61,418 nucleotides of DNA from a virus (Duplodnaviria; Caudoviricetes), in IMG/VR virus record IMGVR_UViG_3300022179_000487, positions 1-61,418 of that record. One strand, 5' to 3'. Under the pieces are notes generated by a model, which had not been told where the DNA came from, searched no databases, and saw nothing but the letters and a program-made list of their open reading frames with translations. Within the stretch, counting starts at the first letter, position 1; each line of letters starts with the position of its first letter. Shown piece by piece: positions 7,060 to 15,946 of the stretch. Made by a program: the position numbers and the translations under genes.

Positions 7060-7271
7060 CACCGGAAGACGAAGCATTTGAGTCCATTGAGAAGGCCCAG
7101 GGCTGGCGCAAGCGGCAGATTGCAGACAAGGTGGATGTAGATCCATACACCACTAAGGTCAGGAACGACACCATCGATGAGGTAGCCCGGGCAGTGGAGA
7201 GGTTCCGGGGTGCCTTTGGTGATGACACTGTCAGTAGCTTTGCCATCTACATCAGGGGGATGAAGCGATGA
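7056..7271 (+). CDS. Hypothetical protein
   Basis: ATGA overlaps on both sides. Confidence 0.75.
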   Translation: MTPEDEAFESIEKAQGWRKRQIADKVDVDPYTTKVRNDTIDEVARAVERFRGAFGDDTVSSFAIYIRGMKR

Positions 7272-7621
7272 TCGAAGTCATGAAACAGGCGCTGGAGGCG
7301 TTGGAAGAACTTCACCGCACGGGGGACACGCAAGTATTTGATATGTGCTATGCCCCAAAAGTTATCCCCGCCCTACGCCAAGCTATAGACGCACATACGC
7401 TGTCCTCCAAACCGCCCGGGCTATGCATGTGCGGGGAGCCATGGCGTTTGGAATCCGTACACAGAAAGAAGTCCCCCTGCTTTGACTACATCGAGCGTGA
7501 ATGGGTTGGGCTGACGGATGAGGAGTTGTCAGCCATTTATAACCAGACCCATTGGAACATGCATTCGGACTGGAATTACGAACGCGCCATCGAGCAAGCC
7601 TTGAAGGAGAAAAATGCATGA
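7268..7621 (+). CDS. Hypothetical protein with QALEALE and WVGLTDEE...LKEKN modules
   Basis: Recurrent modular small-protein pattern; ATGA overlaps. Confidence 0.75.
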   Translation: MIEVMKQALEALEELHRTGDTQVFDMCYAPKVIPALRQAIDAHTLSSKPPGLCMCGEPWRLESVHRKKSPCFDYIEREWVGLTDEELSAIYNQTHWNMHSDWNYERAIEQALKEKNA

Positions 7622-7848
7622 CCCAATACGAACTGAGCCAGTATTACTTTGCCCTGTCAGAACAGGCAGAGTGGATGGATGCGGCATTGAAGCACTACCA
7701 GTTTGGAAACGAGGAGAGGGTTTGGTATGCCATGCTCCGCTGGGCTGAGAGCAAACACCAAGCAAGAGAGATAGCCGATGCCCACGACACCATGTCGTTT
7801 GCCAAGGCTATGGGCGTATCAGATGGAATCAGAAAGGCGTGGGAATGA
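7618..7848 (+). CDS. Hypothetical protein
   Basis: AAGGAG RBS; ATGA overlap. Confidence 0.7.
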   Translation: MTQYELSQYYFALSEQAEWMDAALKHYQFGNEERVWYAMLRWAESKHQAREIADAHDTMSFAKAMGVSDGIRKAWE

Positions 7849-8051
7849 CCAACGACATCAACCGTGGCATGGAGGCGCTGTGGCGTTACGTCCGTAGCCT
7901 GGGGCGGATGGACAAGGGCAGGCCGGGCTGGATCGGTCTAACCGAGCATGAGCTAAACAAGGAAGCCAACCTGTCTGCCGACTACTACACTTTCAGGGCT
8001 GGTGCAGAGTGGGCAGCACAAAGATTGAAGGAGAAGAATACTAATTCCTGA
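7845..8051 (+). CDS. Hypothetical protein with WIGLT...LKEKN module
   Basis: C-terminal module paralogous to 7268..7621. Confidence 0.7.
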   Translation: MTNDINRGMEALWRYVRSLGRMDKGRPGWIGLTEHELNKEANLSADYYTFRAGAEWAAQRLKEKNTNS

Positions 8052-8104
8052 CTTCACAAACCGGCCAAACAGTAATAAAACCACAACCCCAAAGGAAAAT
8101 AAAA

Positions 8105-8911
8105 ATGCAACTAAAACTACAAGAGATCCGCCTCGACGGTAACACCCAGCCAAGGTCACGGGTCTACGATGAAACTGTAACAAGTTACACCGAGTCACTC
8201 TTAGACGGTGCCAAGTTCCCCCCGGTAGATGTGTTCTTTGACGGCAAGCATTACTGGCTTGCTGACGGGTTCCACCGCTACCATGCCCACCGCCGCAACA
8301 AAGTCCCGACCATCGAGGCAACCATCCACAAGGGCACCAAGCGCGATGCCTTCATCTTTTCCAGGGGTGCCAATGCTGAGCACGGCATGCCCCGGACAAA
8401 CGAAGAGAAGCGCGCCGTGGTCATATCCCTGCTGGAAGACCCCGAGTACGAAGAGGAAACCGATCGCACCATAGCCAAGATCTGCAAGGTCTCATCGATG
8501 ACTGTGGGCCGTATCAGAAAGCAACGCGAGCTCAACAAGAAAGAATCTCTGCCCGCCCCTCCCCCTCCCAAGCCCAGCATCAAGCCAGTACCCTCGCCGG
8601 TCCTGGGTGAGCAGGCCCTGACCGAGGACGACAAGATCCAGGAGCTGGCCACGGAGATGCAGGCTATCGCTGAGGAGAACGCCAAGCTCAAGGACAAGCT
8701 GGCCATCCAAAGCATGGATGACTCTGACGAAGCCAAGGCCGAGGTGGAGCAGACCATCGAGGAGTTGCGTGATCAGGTCAAGCGGCTCGAGCGTGAGCTG
8801 GCGTCCGTCACCAAGTCCCGTAACGAGTTCCAGAACAAGGCCGCAGAGGCTATCAAGCAAGTTCAGTATTGGAAGCGCCGCGCAGAAAAGGCAGAACGTC
8901 AGGCAGCTTAA
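8105..8911 (+). CDS. ParB/Srx N-terminal domain protein with HTH and coiled coil
   Basis: FPPVDV..DG..YWLADGFHRYHA, NAEHG, DRTIAKICKVSSMTV. Confidence 0.8.
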   Translation: MQLKLQEIRLDGNTQPRSRVYDETVTSYTESLLDGAKFPPVDVFFDGKHYWLADGFHRYHAHRRNKVPTIEATIHKGTKRDAFIFSRGANAEHGMPRTNEEKRAVVISLLEDPEYEEETDRTIAKICKVSSMTVGRIRKQRELNKKESLPAPPPPKPSIKPVPSPVLGEQALTEDDKIQELATEMQAIAEENAKLKDKLAIQSMDDSDEAKAEVEQTIEELRDQVKRLERELASVTKSRNEFQNKAAEAIKQVQYWKRRAEKAERQAA

Positions 8912-8947
8912 ACCCGAAGCCGGGCGGTTTCCCGGTAGGAGAATTGA

Positions 8948-9433
8948 ATGAAGCCAGCGATTGTAAGAACGCTAGAAAGAGTCGTTCGCATCCCTTTTTC
9001 GGGGTGTTGGATTTTTACAGGTGCGCTCAATGAAGCAGGATATGGGATGGTTGGATTGGGCGCACGCGGCGAACGAAACGACAGAGCCCACAGAATTACT
9101 TACAGACATTTCAAGGGTGAGATACCCAAGGGGATGTTAGTTTGTCATGAGTGCGATACCCCGTCTTGTTGCAACCCGGATCATTTGTTCTTGGGTACGC
9201 ACAAGGACAACACCAGGGACATGATCAACAAGAAGCGCAACAGTCCGCCCCCGCGCAATCCTCATGTCGTAGGGTCTGTTCATCCTGGGGCAAAGTTAAA
9301 TGAGGAGCAAGTCCTAGAAATCAGAAGTCTTTACGAACAAGGTTGGACACAGCAAGCCTTGGCAGTCAAGTACGGAGTTGTCCGTCAATCTATTTCCAAG
9401 ATTGTGAATCGCCAAAGGTTTAAGCATGTCTGA
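8948..9433 (+). CDS. HNH homing endonuclease (HNH_3-like) with C-terminal HTH
   Basis: CWIFTG, AHRITY, VCHECDTPSCCNPDHLFLGTHKDN. Confidence 0.9.
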   Translation: MKPAIVRTLERVVRIPFSGCWIFTGALNEAGYGMVGLGARGERNDRAHRITYRHFKGEIPKGMLVCHECDTPSCCNPDHLFLGTHKDNTRDMINKKRNSPPPRNPHVVGSVHPGAKLNEEQVLEIRSLYEQGWTQQALAVKYGVVRQSISKIVNRQRFKHV

Positions 9434-10901
9434 ATTGCAACTTAGACCTCACCAGGCGGAAGTAATTGAAAAGATCGATCAAGGATTTGCAGATGGCCAT
9501 CGTTGCCAGCTACTGTATGCCGCGACTGGTTTTGGAAAAACTGAAGTAGCCATGGCCATCATGCGCGAGGTATCTAGGAAGTACAAGCGCACGGCCATGA
9601 TGCTAGACCGTATCGTCCTGGTCAACCAAACGTCAGCCCGGCTATCCTCTTATGGGATAGACCACGGGGTGATGCAGGCAGACCACTGGCGGTACAAGCC
9701 TCACGAACGTATCCAGATCGTGAGCGCACAGACCCTGGAGAAGCGCAAGAACAAGCTCGACCTGGATCTCTTGATCATTGACGAGTGCCATGTGCAGCGC
9801 GCCAGCATTGTTAAGCTCATCAAAGCAAACCCCGACCTGAAGGTTATCGGACTCACGGCCACGCCTTTTACCAAGGGCCTGGGCAACGTCTATACCAATA
9901 TCGTCGGGGCCAAGGCTACGGGTGAGCTGATCAGGGATGGCTGGCTCACGCCTCTCAGGGTCTTTATAGCCAAAGAGATCGACATGACCGGGGTTACCAA
10001 GGTTGCTGGCGAGTGGGCGCAGGACCAGGTGACTGAGCGCGGCATGAAGATCACGGGCGATATCGTTGATGAGTGGGTCAAGCAGACCTTCAGGCTATTC
10101 AACAAGGCCGTCAAGACTGTGGTGTTCTGTGCGGGGGTGGCTCACGGCAAGGATCTCGAGCGCCAGTTCAAGGAGCGCGGTTACAACTTTGTCTCGATCT
10201 CATACCTGGAGGAGGACGAGTTCAAGCGGGAGGCCATCGAGGAGTTCTCAAAGCCTGATTCGACGATTCATGGGTTGATAGCCACGGACATACTGACCCG
10301 GGGATTTGACGTGCCTGACGTGCTTATAGGCGTGTCTGCGCGGCCGTTCTCCAAGTCTTTCAGCTCGCACGTCCAGCAGATGGGGCGGATCATGCGCCCG
10401 TCACCAGGCAAAACCCACGGCGTGTGGCTGGATCACTCAGGAAACTACCTTCGATTCCAGAAAGACTGGGATCAAGTCTTCAACGAGGGCGTGACCGAGC
10501 TCAGTGAAGGGGGTGAGAAGGCCAAGAAAGAACCAACAGAGAAGGAAAAGAAAGAGTCCAAGTGCCCAGGTTGCGGGGCTTTGTGGGTCTGGAAGTCCAA
10601 CGTCTGCGGATCTTGTGGGCATGAGCGTCCTATTCGAGGGGTAGCCTCGGTTGCAGGCGAGCTCCATGAGCTGGGGGCGGGGATGGGTAACTTCCGCACC
10701 GAGCAACAGCAGTTCTACAGCCAGCTTCTCTACTACTCACGCATGCGCGGGTACAAGGATGGTTGGGTAGCGCACAAGTACAAAGAGAAGTTCAACGTCT
10801 GGCCCAGGGGTCTGCAGCAGGTTCCCATCCCGACTGAGCAAAAGACTGTCAGGTGGATTCAATCACGCAATATCGCGTGGGCAAAAGCGAGGGCACAATG
10901 A
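9426..10901 (+). CDS. SF2 DExH helicase with Zn finger
   Basis: LRPHQ, ATGFGKT, IIDECH, GLTATP, TRGFD, QQMGRIMR, CPGC...CGSC. Confidence 0.92.
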   Translation: MSELQLRPHQAEVIEKIDQGFADGHRCQLLYAATGFGKTEVAMAIMREVSRKYKRTAMMLDRIVLVNQTSARLSSYGIDHGVMQADHWRYKPHERIQIVSAQTLEKRKNKLDLDLLIIDECHVQRASIVKLIKANPDLKVIGLTATPFTKGLGNVYTNIVGAKATGELIRDGWLTPLRVFIAKEIDMTGVTKVAGEWAQDQVTERGMKITGDIVDEWVKQTFRLFNKAVKTVVFCAGVAHGKDLERQFKERGYNFVSISYLEEDEFKREAIEEFSKPDSTIHGLIATDILTRGFDVPDVLIGVSARPFSKSFSSHVQQMGRIMRPSPGKTHGVWLDHSGNYLRFQKDWDQVFNEGVTELSEGGEKAKKEPTEKEKKESKCPGCGALWVWKSNVCGSCGHERPIRGVASVAGELHELGAGMGNFRTEQQQFYSQLLYYSRMRGYKDGWVAHKYKEKFNVWPRGLQQVPIPTEQKTVRWIQSRNIAWAKARAQ

Positions 10902-11200
10902 AAAAGTTACTTCTATCTCTGATCCTGGCCGTGTCGCCAGTCCTGGCCGATACAGTGGCCACCATGAATAACGACGGGGGCGGCATCATGGTGCTCACCG
11001 ATGTTCCCTGTAAAGAGGGTGGCGGGTATCACATGTATTCACAAAGCCCAAACTTCCGCACGCTGTTTGGGTGTTGGTGGTCTGATAGCTCGATGGTCCA
11101 CGTTACCTGGTATGACGGGGAGGTTCGGTCTTACCCGTTGGCCCTGTGGCGTGTGAACCTGGAAGTCGCCCGGCGCATGAGAAAAGGGGCTAATTTGTGA
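10898..11200 (+). CDS. Small exported protein with signal peptide
   Basis: MKKLLLSLILAVSPVLA followed by a beta-rich domain with two Cys. Confidence 0.7.
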   Translation: MKKLLLSLILAVSPVLADTVATMNNDGGGIMVLTDVPCKEGGGYHMYSQSPNFRTLFGCWWSDSSMVHVTWYDGEVRSYPLALWRVNLEVARRMRKGANL

Positions 11201-11985
11201 ATTTCCAGCAGTTTGCCGAGCAGCATGGGTTGATGATCGATAGCCTCATACTAGACCGCTGGGTCAGAGTACCGACTGTCGATCACCCGAAGAAACGTAA
11301 CGGCGCATACATCTGGGATGGCCGAGAGGGTGCGCTGATCAACTTCGCGGTGCATGACAAGCACGTCCTGTATCGATCGGATGAGCCCTGGAAGCCAGAC
11401 CCTCAGGCTGCAGCCAAGCGCAGGCAGATGGAGCAGGAACGCCTCAAGCGCCAGGCTTCTGCAGCAAACAAGGCCGCGTGGATTCTCAACCAGGCTAGCC
11501 TCATGCAACACCCTTACCTTATCCGCAAGGGGTTTGATGACAAGGGGTATGTGTGGCGCGGTAGCCTCGTGCTTCCGATGCGGGTAGCCGACCGGCTGGT
11601 TGGTTGCCAGCTGATCGATGCCGATGGAACCAAGCGTTTCCTGTCTGGGCAGGTCACCAAGGGTGCTAGCCTCATGCTGAACAACAAGGGCCAGAACATA
11701 CTCGTCGAGGGGTTTGCGACTGGCCTGTCGGTGCGGCGTGTGCTCAGGCACCTGCGGCAGCGGTACTGCATCCATGTGTGCTTCTCGGCCGGGAACATGA
11801 TCGAGGTGGCTAGGGGCATGGATAATCCCTTGGTGATAGCTGACCATGACCCGACCGGGATTCGTGCAGCCAAAAAAATATCCTCCCGGGTGTGGCTCGA
11901 TGGTGAACCTGGGGAGGATTTCAACGATGCCGAGATGCGGTTAGGAACCCCGGCAGCGGCAGTCACACTTGCTCAGTTACTGTAA
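11197..11985 (+). CDS. Toprim-domain DNA primase (TraC/P4 alpha-like)
   Basis: HPYLIRKG, LPM, QLIDADGTKRFL, VEGFATG, FSAGN, IADHD, DFND. Confidence 0.85.
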   Translation: MNFQQFAEQHGLMIDSLILDRWVRVPTVDHPKKRNGAYIWDGREGALINFAVHDKHVLYRSDEPWKPDPQAAAKRRQMEQERLKRQASAANKAAWILNQASLMQHPYLIRKGFDDKGYVWRGSLVLPMRVADRLVGCQLIDADGTKRFLSGQVTKGASLMLNNKGQNILVEGFATGLSVRRVLRHLRQRYCIHVCFSAGNMIEVARGMDNPLVIADHDPTGIRAAKKISSRVWLDGEPGEDFNDAEMRLGTPAAAVTLAQLL

Positions 11986-12182
11986 TGAATCCCCTTGTTT
12001 TGCAAAAGTTTCTCAAAGTCAGCGAGTACCTGTTGACGGGTACCCTTGAGGCCGAACTCGGATTTGATGATCTGAAAGCAGCTGCGCCCAGTCTTTCGCA
12101 TACCCTTGATCTCAAGTTGCAGCCCTTTACGCAGGGTCAAGAGTCGAAAGTCTAGGATTTGTTGTCCTGTCAGCGTAGTCAT
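11973..12182 (-). CDS. Hypothetical protein
   Basis: GAGGAG RBS; last gene of the leftward cluster. Confidence 0.7.
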   Translation of the reverse strand: MTTLTGQQILDFRLLTLRKGLQLEIKGMRKTGRSCFQIIKSEFGLKGTRQQVLADFEKLLQNKGIHYSN

Positions 12183-12184
12183 TC

Positions 12185-12364
12185 TCACTCCTCGATTGGT
12201 TCGTCAACGTCAGCCTGGGTGTAACCCGCCAGGATTTCGGGTCTGTATTGGGCTAGCCTGAATTTGACGCAACGGTCACAAACCTTGGCTAGTTCGATGC
12301 CCTGGCCGTCATATTCCCACCAGGAATACCCATCGTGTCCGTCCATGCAGGGGTCATCATTCAT
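12185..12364 (-). CDS. Small acidic Cys/His-containing protein
   Basis: AAGGAG RBS; C...H and CDRC. Confidence 0.7.
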   Translation of the reverse strand: MNDDPCMDGHDGYSWWEYDGQGIELAKVCDRCVKFRLAQYRPEILAGYTQADVDEPIEE

Positions 12365-12381
12365 TTTCTTTCTCCTTGTGG

Positions 12382-12519
12382 TTAAAGTTCGTTGCCCATC
12401 CGATAGCACGCATACCATTGCGGGTCGATGTTGCGGTCACGCCAGTAGGCGAGTGAGTCGTAGTGCTTGGCGCAGAACCTAGCCTCCTCCAAACACGCCC
12501 ACAGATAATCCCAGTGCAT
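12382..12519 (-). CDS. Hypothetical protein, 45 aa (not in ORF track)
   Basis: MHWDYLWACLEEARFC...; fills the gap in the operon. Confidence 0.55.
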   Translation of the reverse strand: MHWDYLWACLEEARFCAKHYDSLAYWRDRNIDPQWYACYRMGNEL

Positions 12520-12521
12520 AT

Positions 12522-12833
12522 TCATTTGCTTTCTCCTGTTGCTTTGGAAATGGCGGCACGGGCAGCTTTCATCAAATCGGCTTGAATCCCGTCTTCATTC
12601 GGGTCGAGGAATTCTCCAGGCGTGCCGAGGTCATCAACCAGTTCGATCAGTGCTTTCAACAGGTCAGGCGCAGCGGCAATCAGCCGCGCGTCATCTGCGT
12701 CTACAACACGGGCAATCAGCCCTTTGCCACCCGCATAGCGGGGAGTCGTGGTGAATACATCCATGTCGGCATCAATGCCGGGTTCAGTTTCCATCAAATG
12801 CCACGGGCTTGGTGTGTGGTTAATCATTTGCAT
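12522..12833 (-). CDS. Phage protein of the HTPxPW...ARLIAAAPDLL type
   Basis: HTPSPW, DARLIAAAPDLLKAL, ARAAISKATGE. Confidence 0.8.
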   Translation of the reverse strand: MQMINHTPSPWHLMETEPGIDADMDVFTTTPRYAGGKGLIARVVDADDARLIAAAPDLLKALIELVDDLGTPGEFLDPNEDGIQADLMKAARAAISKATGESK

Positions 12834-13513
12834 ACTCCTTTAGCGATTGGGATTACTTTGCGTGCGCGTGCGTCTGCGATTTTGGCCTTGCTGCCGTGGG
12901 CGCGGAACCCAACGATCACGGCTCGGTCACGGCGTTGGCACAGTTGGCAGGTGTAACAAGTTACATCGTCTTTTAGCTGCGCGGGACAGACAACGATGCT
13001 GCGCCCGGCAGGGGTGGTAGCCTTGGGTGGGGTGTCCATGGGCACAACGCACACTACAGGCCCGGCTTGCAGGTCTGCCAGGGTGTCAGCTTCACCCGCA
13101 TCGTCTGCCGATAGGTTGATGGTGTAGCCCCATTCGTTCGCGTGACGTATCCACTTGATAGCTTGGGGGGATTTCTTATGGGTGTAGGTGAACCCTCTGC
13201 GCCCGATGTTGGCCTTGACTACTTCGCCCAGGGCGGCAGGGTCAACGCGCTCACCCTCCCCAGGCAGGTCACCTGCAACCTTATCGCGCCATAGCTGACC
13301 CTCGGGCATGGATTGGATGAAGTTGACTAGTCCCGGCAGCGGGACACCATCACGATCAACCCGATTCCAGGCCAAGCTAGTGTGGAAATCTTCGCCATAG
13401 CAGTCATCCTCGTAGTGTGGGCAGGATGGTGGGCAGGTTTTGCGTGAACCATAGGTAACCGGAATGGGCCCGGTTTTGCGGTTTGCTGATTTCTTGATGG
13501 TTAAGAAGTTCAT
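12824..13513 (-). CDS. Cys-rich phage protein, possible Fe-S/radical-SAM-like (gp88/DUF7227-like)
   Basis: N.KTG, TCPPSCP...CYG, AGDL, FTYTH, INLS, CPAQ...TCYTCQLC, FRAHG. Confidence 0.65.
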   Translation of the reverse strand: MNFLTIKKSANRKTGPIPVTYGSRKTCPPSCPHYEDDCYGEDFHTSLAWNRVDRDGVPLPGLVNFIQSMPEGQLWRDKVAGDLPGEGERVDPAALGEVVKANIGRRGFTYTHKKSPQAIKWIRHANEWGYTINLSADDAGEADTLADLQAGPVVCVVPMDTPPKATTPAGRSIVVCPAQLKDDVTCYTCQLCQRRDRAVIVGFRAHGSKAKIADARARKVIPIAKGVCK

Positions 13514-13677
13514 TCTTCGACCTCAGTTTCTTCAAGTGTTCCCGCATCACTTTCAAGGGCAACCAAGTTGTTGTCCTGGGAGAAGTGGTAATCCACTTCG
13601 TCATGCAGTTCTTTAAATGCTTGTTCCGCGCTCTCTCCGCGAACCCAGACAACGCATTCAAAACGATAGGTGTTCAT
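13510..13677 (-). CDS. Small acidic protein, 55 aa (not in ORF track)
   Basis: MNTYRFECVVWVRGESAEQA...EETEVEE; AGGAG RBS; ATGA overlap. Confidence 0.65.
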   Translation of the reverse strand: MNTYRFECVVWVRGESAEQAFKELHDEVDYHFSQDNNLVALESDAGTLEETEVEE

Positions 13678-13678
13678 G

Positions 13679-14176
13679 TCAGTCTCCTATGCGAACAAAG
13701 GTCATGTGTTGGCTAATGAATTTCTTGATATCGTTTCGTGCAGCGGCTCGTGCGCGGCGGCTTGCGGCTTGTTGGGCAGCTTGCTCACGACACTTAGCGC
13801 GCCAACGATACGCACCGCTAGATGGTTCGGTCACAGGGGCTAGCTTGTCCAGTTTGTCGAGCAACCGGATGGGGCAGTCGTAGTAGAACGGATGCATGTT
13901 CTCATCCATGTGCTTGTAGCCGAATTCAATGTACTGGCTAGCAGGGAATACGTTCTTGCGCTCAGTCAGGCACACAACCCCATAGACCTGCTTGCGCTCG
14001 GTAGAGTCTAGCCAACTAGTCAGTTCCATCACGCCATAGAACGTAGCACCGCGCATGACCCCGTCAAGCAGCTTGAATCGGGCGCGGGTCTGCCCCTGGT
14101 CGTCCTGCTCCAGTTCTTTGCGAAGAACATCGATTGTCTTGGTGGTCTTGTGAATTTGAAAAGAAGTCCAGCCCAT
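13679..14176 (-). CDS. Hypothetical protein (DUF6927-like)
   Basis: MGW start; FGYKHMDENMHPFYYDCP...WRAKC. Confidence 0.7.
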   Translation of the reverse strand: MGWTSFQIHKTTKTIDVLRKELEQDDQGQTRARFKLLDGVMRGATFYGVMELTSWLDSTERKQVYGVVCLTERKNVFPASQYIEFGYKHMDENMHPFYYDCPIRLLDKLDKLAPVTEPSSGAYRWRAKCREQAAQQAASRRARAAARNDIKKFISQHMTFVRIGD

Positions 14177-14179
14177 GAT

Positions 14180-14632
14180 TTACTCTCCTGTCAGTTGAAG
14201 TTGCTTTGCTTGGTTAAGTTCTTTCGCTAGCCAACCCAGTTGCTGCCCGATGCCCAGGCCGCGCAGGGGTGTGTCGATCTGCTCGAACATATTTCCCCCC
14301 AGGCGGTCTGCCAGGATGGGCACAACGTAGGCGCGTGGTGCAAGGATTACGCAGCGCTCACCGCGGTAACCCCTGGCGTGCAGGGCGGCGGATACCCTCG
14401 CACCCCAGGCGCGGCGTTTCTCCAGGCTAGCGTCACGCAGGGCTAGGTCATAGGGCTCGACCTGGGTGTCTGGCTCGACTAGGCCGTGTTTAGCACTCAG
14501 GATTGCCCATCGGGTTGAGCGTAGCTTGGCTATCTCGCTAGCTAGCTTGAAGGATTGGCCGGTGTACAGGTCTGCTGCCGGTGCGGGGTGGGGTAGCTTA
14601 CGGGCGCTACAGGCCACAAGGTAGATGGTCAT
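14180..14632 (-). CDS. DUF6884-like protein
   Basis: LVACSARK, PAADLYTG, ILSAKHGL, EPYD, GIGQQLGWL. Confidence 0.75.
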   Translation of the reverse strand: MTIYLVACSARKLPHPAPAADLYTGQSFKLASEIAKLRSTRWAILSAKHGLVEPDTQVEPYDLALRDASLEKRRAWGARVSAALHARGYRGERCVILAPRAYVVPILADRLGGNMFEQIDTPLRGLGIGQQLGWLAKELNQAKQLQLTGE

Positions 14633-14781
14633 TCTTCTTCTCCAAAATCCTCGGGGTCGCCCGGGTAGTCGGGGTCACGTGGGTTGGGGTTACGGATGTA
14701 CTCTGCAAGGCGGCGGCGTTCGAAGCGAACCTGGGCGGCAAGTTCTTCGCGCTCGGATTCGTATGGGTCATAGTCGATCAT
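14629..14781 (-). CDS. Small acidic protein, 50 aa (not in ORF track)
   Basis: MIDYDPYESE...PRDPDYPG...EEE; ATGA overlap. Confidence 0.65.
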   Translation of the reverse strand: MIDYDPYESEREELAAQVRFERRRLAEYIRNPNPRDPDYPGDPEDFGEEE

Positions 14782-14783
14782 GG

Positions 14784-14954
14784 TCAATCCCCCAGGACGA
14801 AGGCTGCGCCCATCACGACAAACGCGAACAGGGACACCAGGGCAAGGCCGACAGAGATAGTCCCGGCAAGCAGGGCTATCGATGTGGTCAGGGTTCCCGC
14901 AAACCCGATCAGGGCGGCAGCGACACGCAGGGTGGTGATTACTGGGTCAGTCAT
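14784..14954 (-). CDS. Small two-TM membrane protein (not in ORF track)
   Basis: MTDPVITTLRVAAALIGF...; almost entirely hydrophobic; GGAGG RBS. Confidence 0.6.
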   Translation of the reverse strand: MTDPVITTLRVAAALIGFAGTLTTSIALLAGTISVGLALVSLFAFVVMGAAFVLGD

Positions 14955-14956
14955 GG

Positions 14957-15082
14957 TCAACCCCTCCAGGCCAGGATGATGCCGATCACGGCGGCAGCTA
15001 CCAGGGTGAGAAGGAAATCAACGGCAGCGCGGCGTTTGGATTCAACGCGCTCGGGTGTGTAGTGTTGTCTGTATTTGCTCAT
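14957..15082 (-). CDS. Small single-TM protein (not in ORF track)
   Basis: MSKYRQHYTPE...FLLTLVAAAVIGIILAWRG. Confidence 0.6.
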   Translation of the reverse strand: MSKYRQHYTPERVESKRRAAVDFLLTLVAAAVIGIILAWRG

Positions 15083-15157
15083 GGAAACCCTTTCGGTTAT
15101 TAGCGATACGAAGGCCGTATCCCTCAACCCCGGCTCGCGGGGCTGAAGGCTAGGGTC

Positions 15158-15376
15158 TTACAGGCGGGACACATCCAACAGGCAGTCGTGGCCACCATTT
15201 GCAACGGCCCCGATCAGGAACATGATGGGTTGTGCGTGGCCGACAACGATCGTGCTCTTGTCATCGTATTTGCAGGGCTCGACCAGGAAGGGGTATTCGC
15301 GCTCGGAACCCTCGTTAGCTTTGCCGAGGAAAAATTCGATCTCGTTACGGGTCAGGGTGAATTTAGCTTTCAACAT
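15158..15376 (-). CDS. Hypothetical protein
   Basis: AAGGAG RBS. Confidence 0.7.
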   Translation of the reverse strand: MLKAKFTLTRNEIEFFLGKANEGSEREYPFLVEPCKYDDKSTIVVGHAQPIMFLIGAVANGGHDCLLDVSRL

Positions 15377-15394
15377 GGTTGGTTCTCCTTGGGG

Positions 15395-15526
15395 TTAAAA
15401 AAAGTAGTGCAGGGCTCGCTGCCAGGAATTGATCTCTAGTGGAATCAATGTGCCGAAGTCATCCATCACAAACAGGTCGAGATGGTCGTCAAGCACATAC
15501 ACGCCCAGTCGGTAACTGTGGGTCAT
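15395..15526 (-). CDS. Hypothetical protein, 43 aa
   Basis: GAGGAG RBS before MTHSYR. Confidence 0.6.
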   Translation of the reverse strand: MTHSYRLGVYVLDDHLDLFVMDDFGTLIPLEINSWQRALHYFF

Positions 15527-15536
15527 GCGGTTCTCC

Positions 15537-15755
15537 TCAGAATGCTGAATTACGGGCATCAGCTTGGCGGTCTGCGTACACGGCGGCAACGTCTTTGAGG
15601 GTCTTCCAAGCGGCCTTAGCAGAGAGGGGTTTGCCATCGTGGTTGGTGAACAAACGTGCGTAGTCTTCGTCAGCCCAACACTCAACCATTGTGTCTGCGC
15701 CGTTCTCGTAGTTGTCCAGGCACCATTGCTTCATTTGCTCGATCACTTCTTTCAT
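15537..15755 (-). CDS. Hypothetical protein, first of the leftward early cluster
   Basis: AGGAG RBS; WCLDNYENGADTMVECW. Confidence 0.75.
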   Translation of the reverse strand: MKEVIEQMKQWCLDNYENGADTMVECWADEDYARLFTNHDGKPLSAKAAWKTLKDVAAVYADRQADARNSAF

Positions 15756-15946
15756 GTTTCACTCCTAGAGGAAAGGTTGTTCGCAACACATGAATTGCGT
15801 TGCGTCTATGTAATGTATTCGATTGTCAACCCCCTCCCATGTCACAAACGCGACAACTACCAGGGAATCAAGTTGCAGCTGCAGGGGATTGATTGCGCGG
15901 CGGCTCGGTGGTATCTTCGCGTAGTCCGAATTTGTACCCATGCAAC

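Noticed and set aside
12150-15770. Apparent abundance of CTAG in the early cluster
   Set aside because: By eye the count is near random expectation and CTAG also occurs elsewhere; not supportable without a computed comparison
15800-15830. Leftward sigma70 promoter from TTGACA at 15824-15829
   Set aside because: No acceptable -10 hexamer at 16-19 nt spacing; a promoter is likely nearby but I cannot place it
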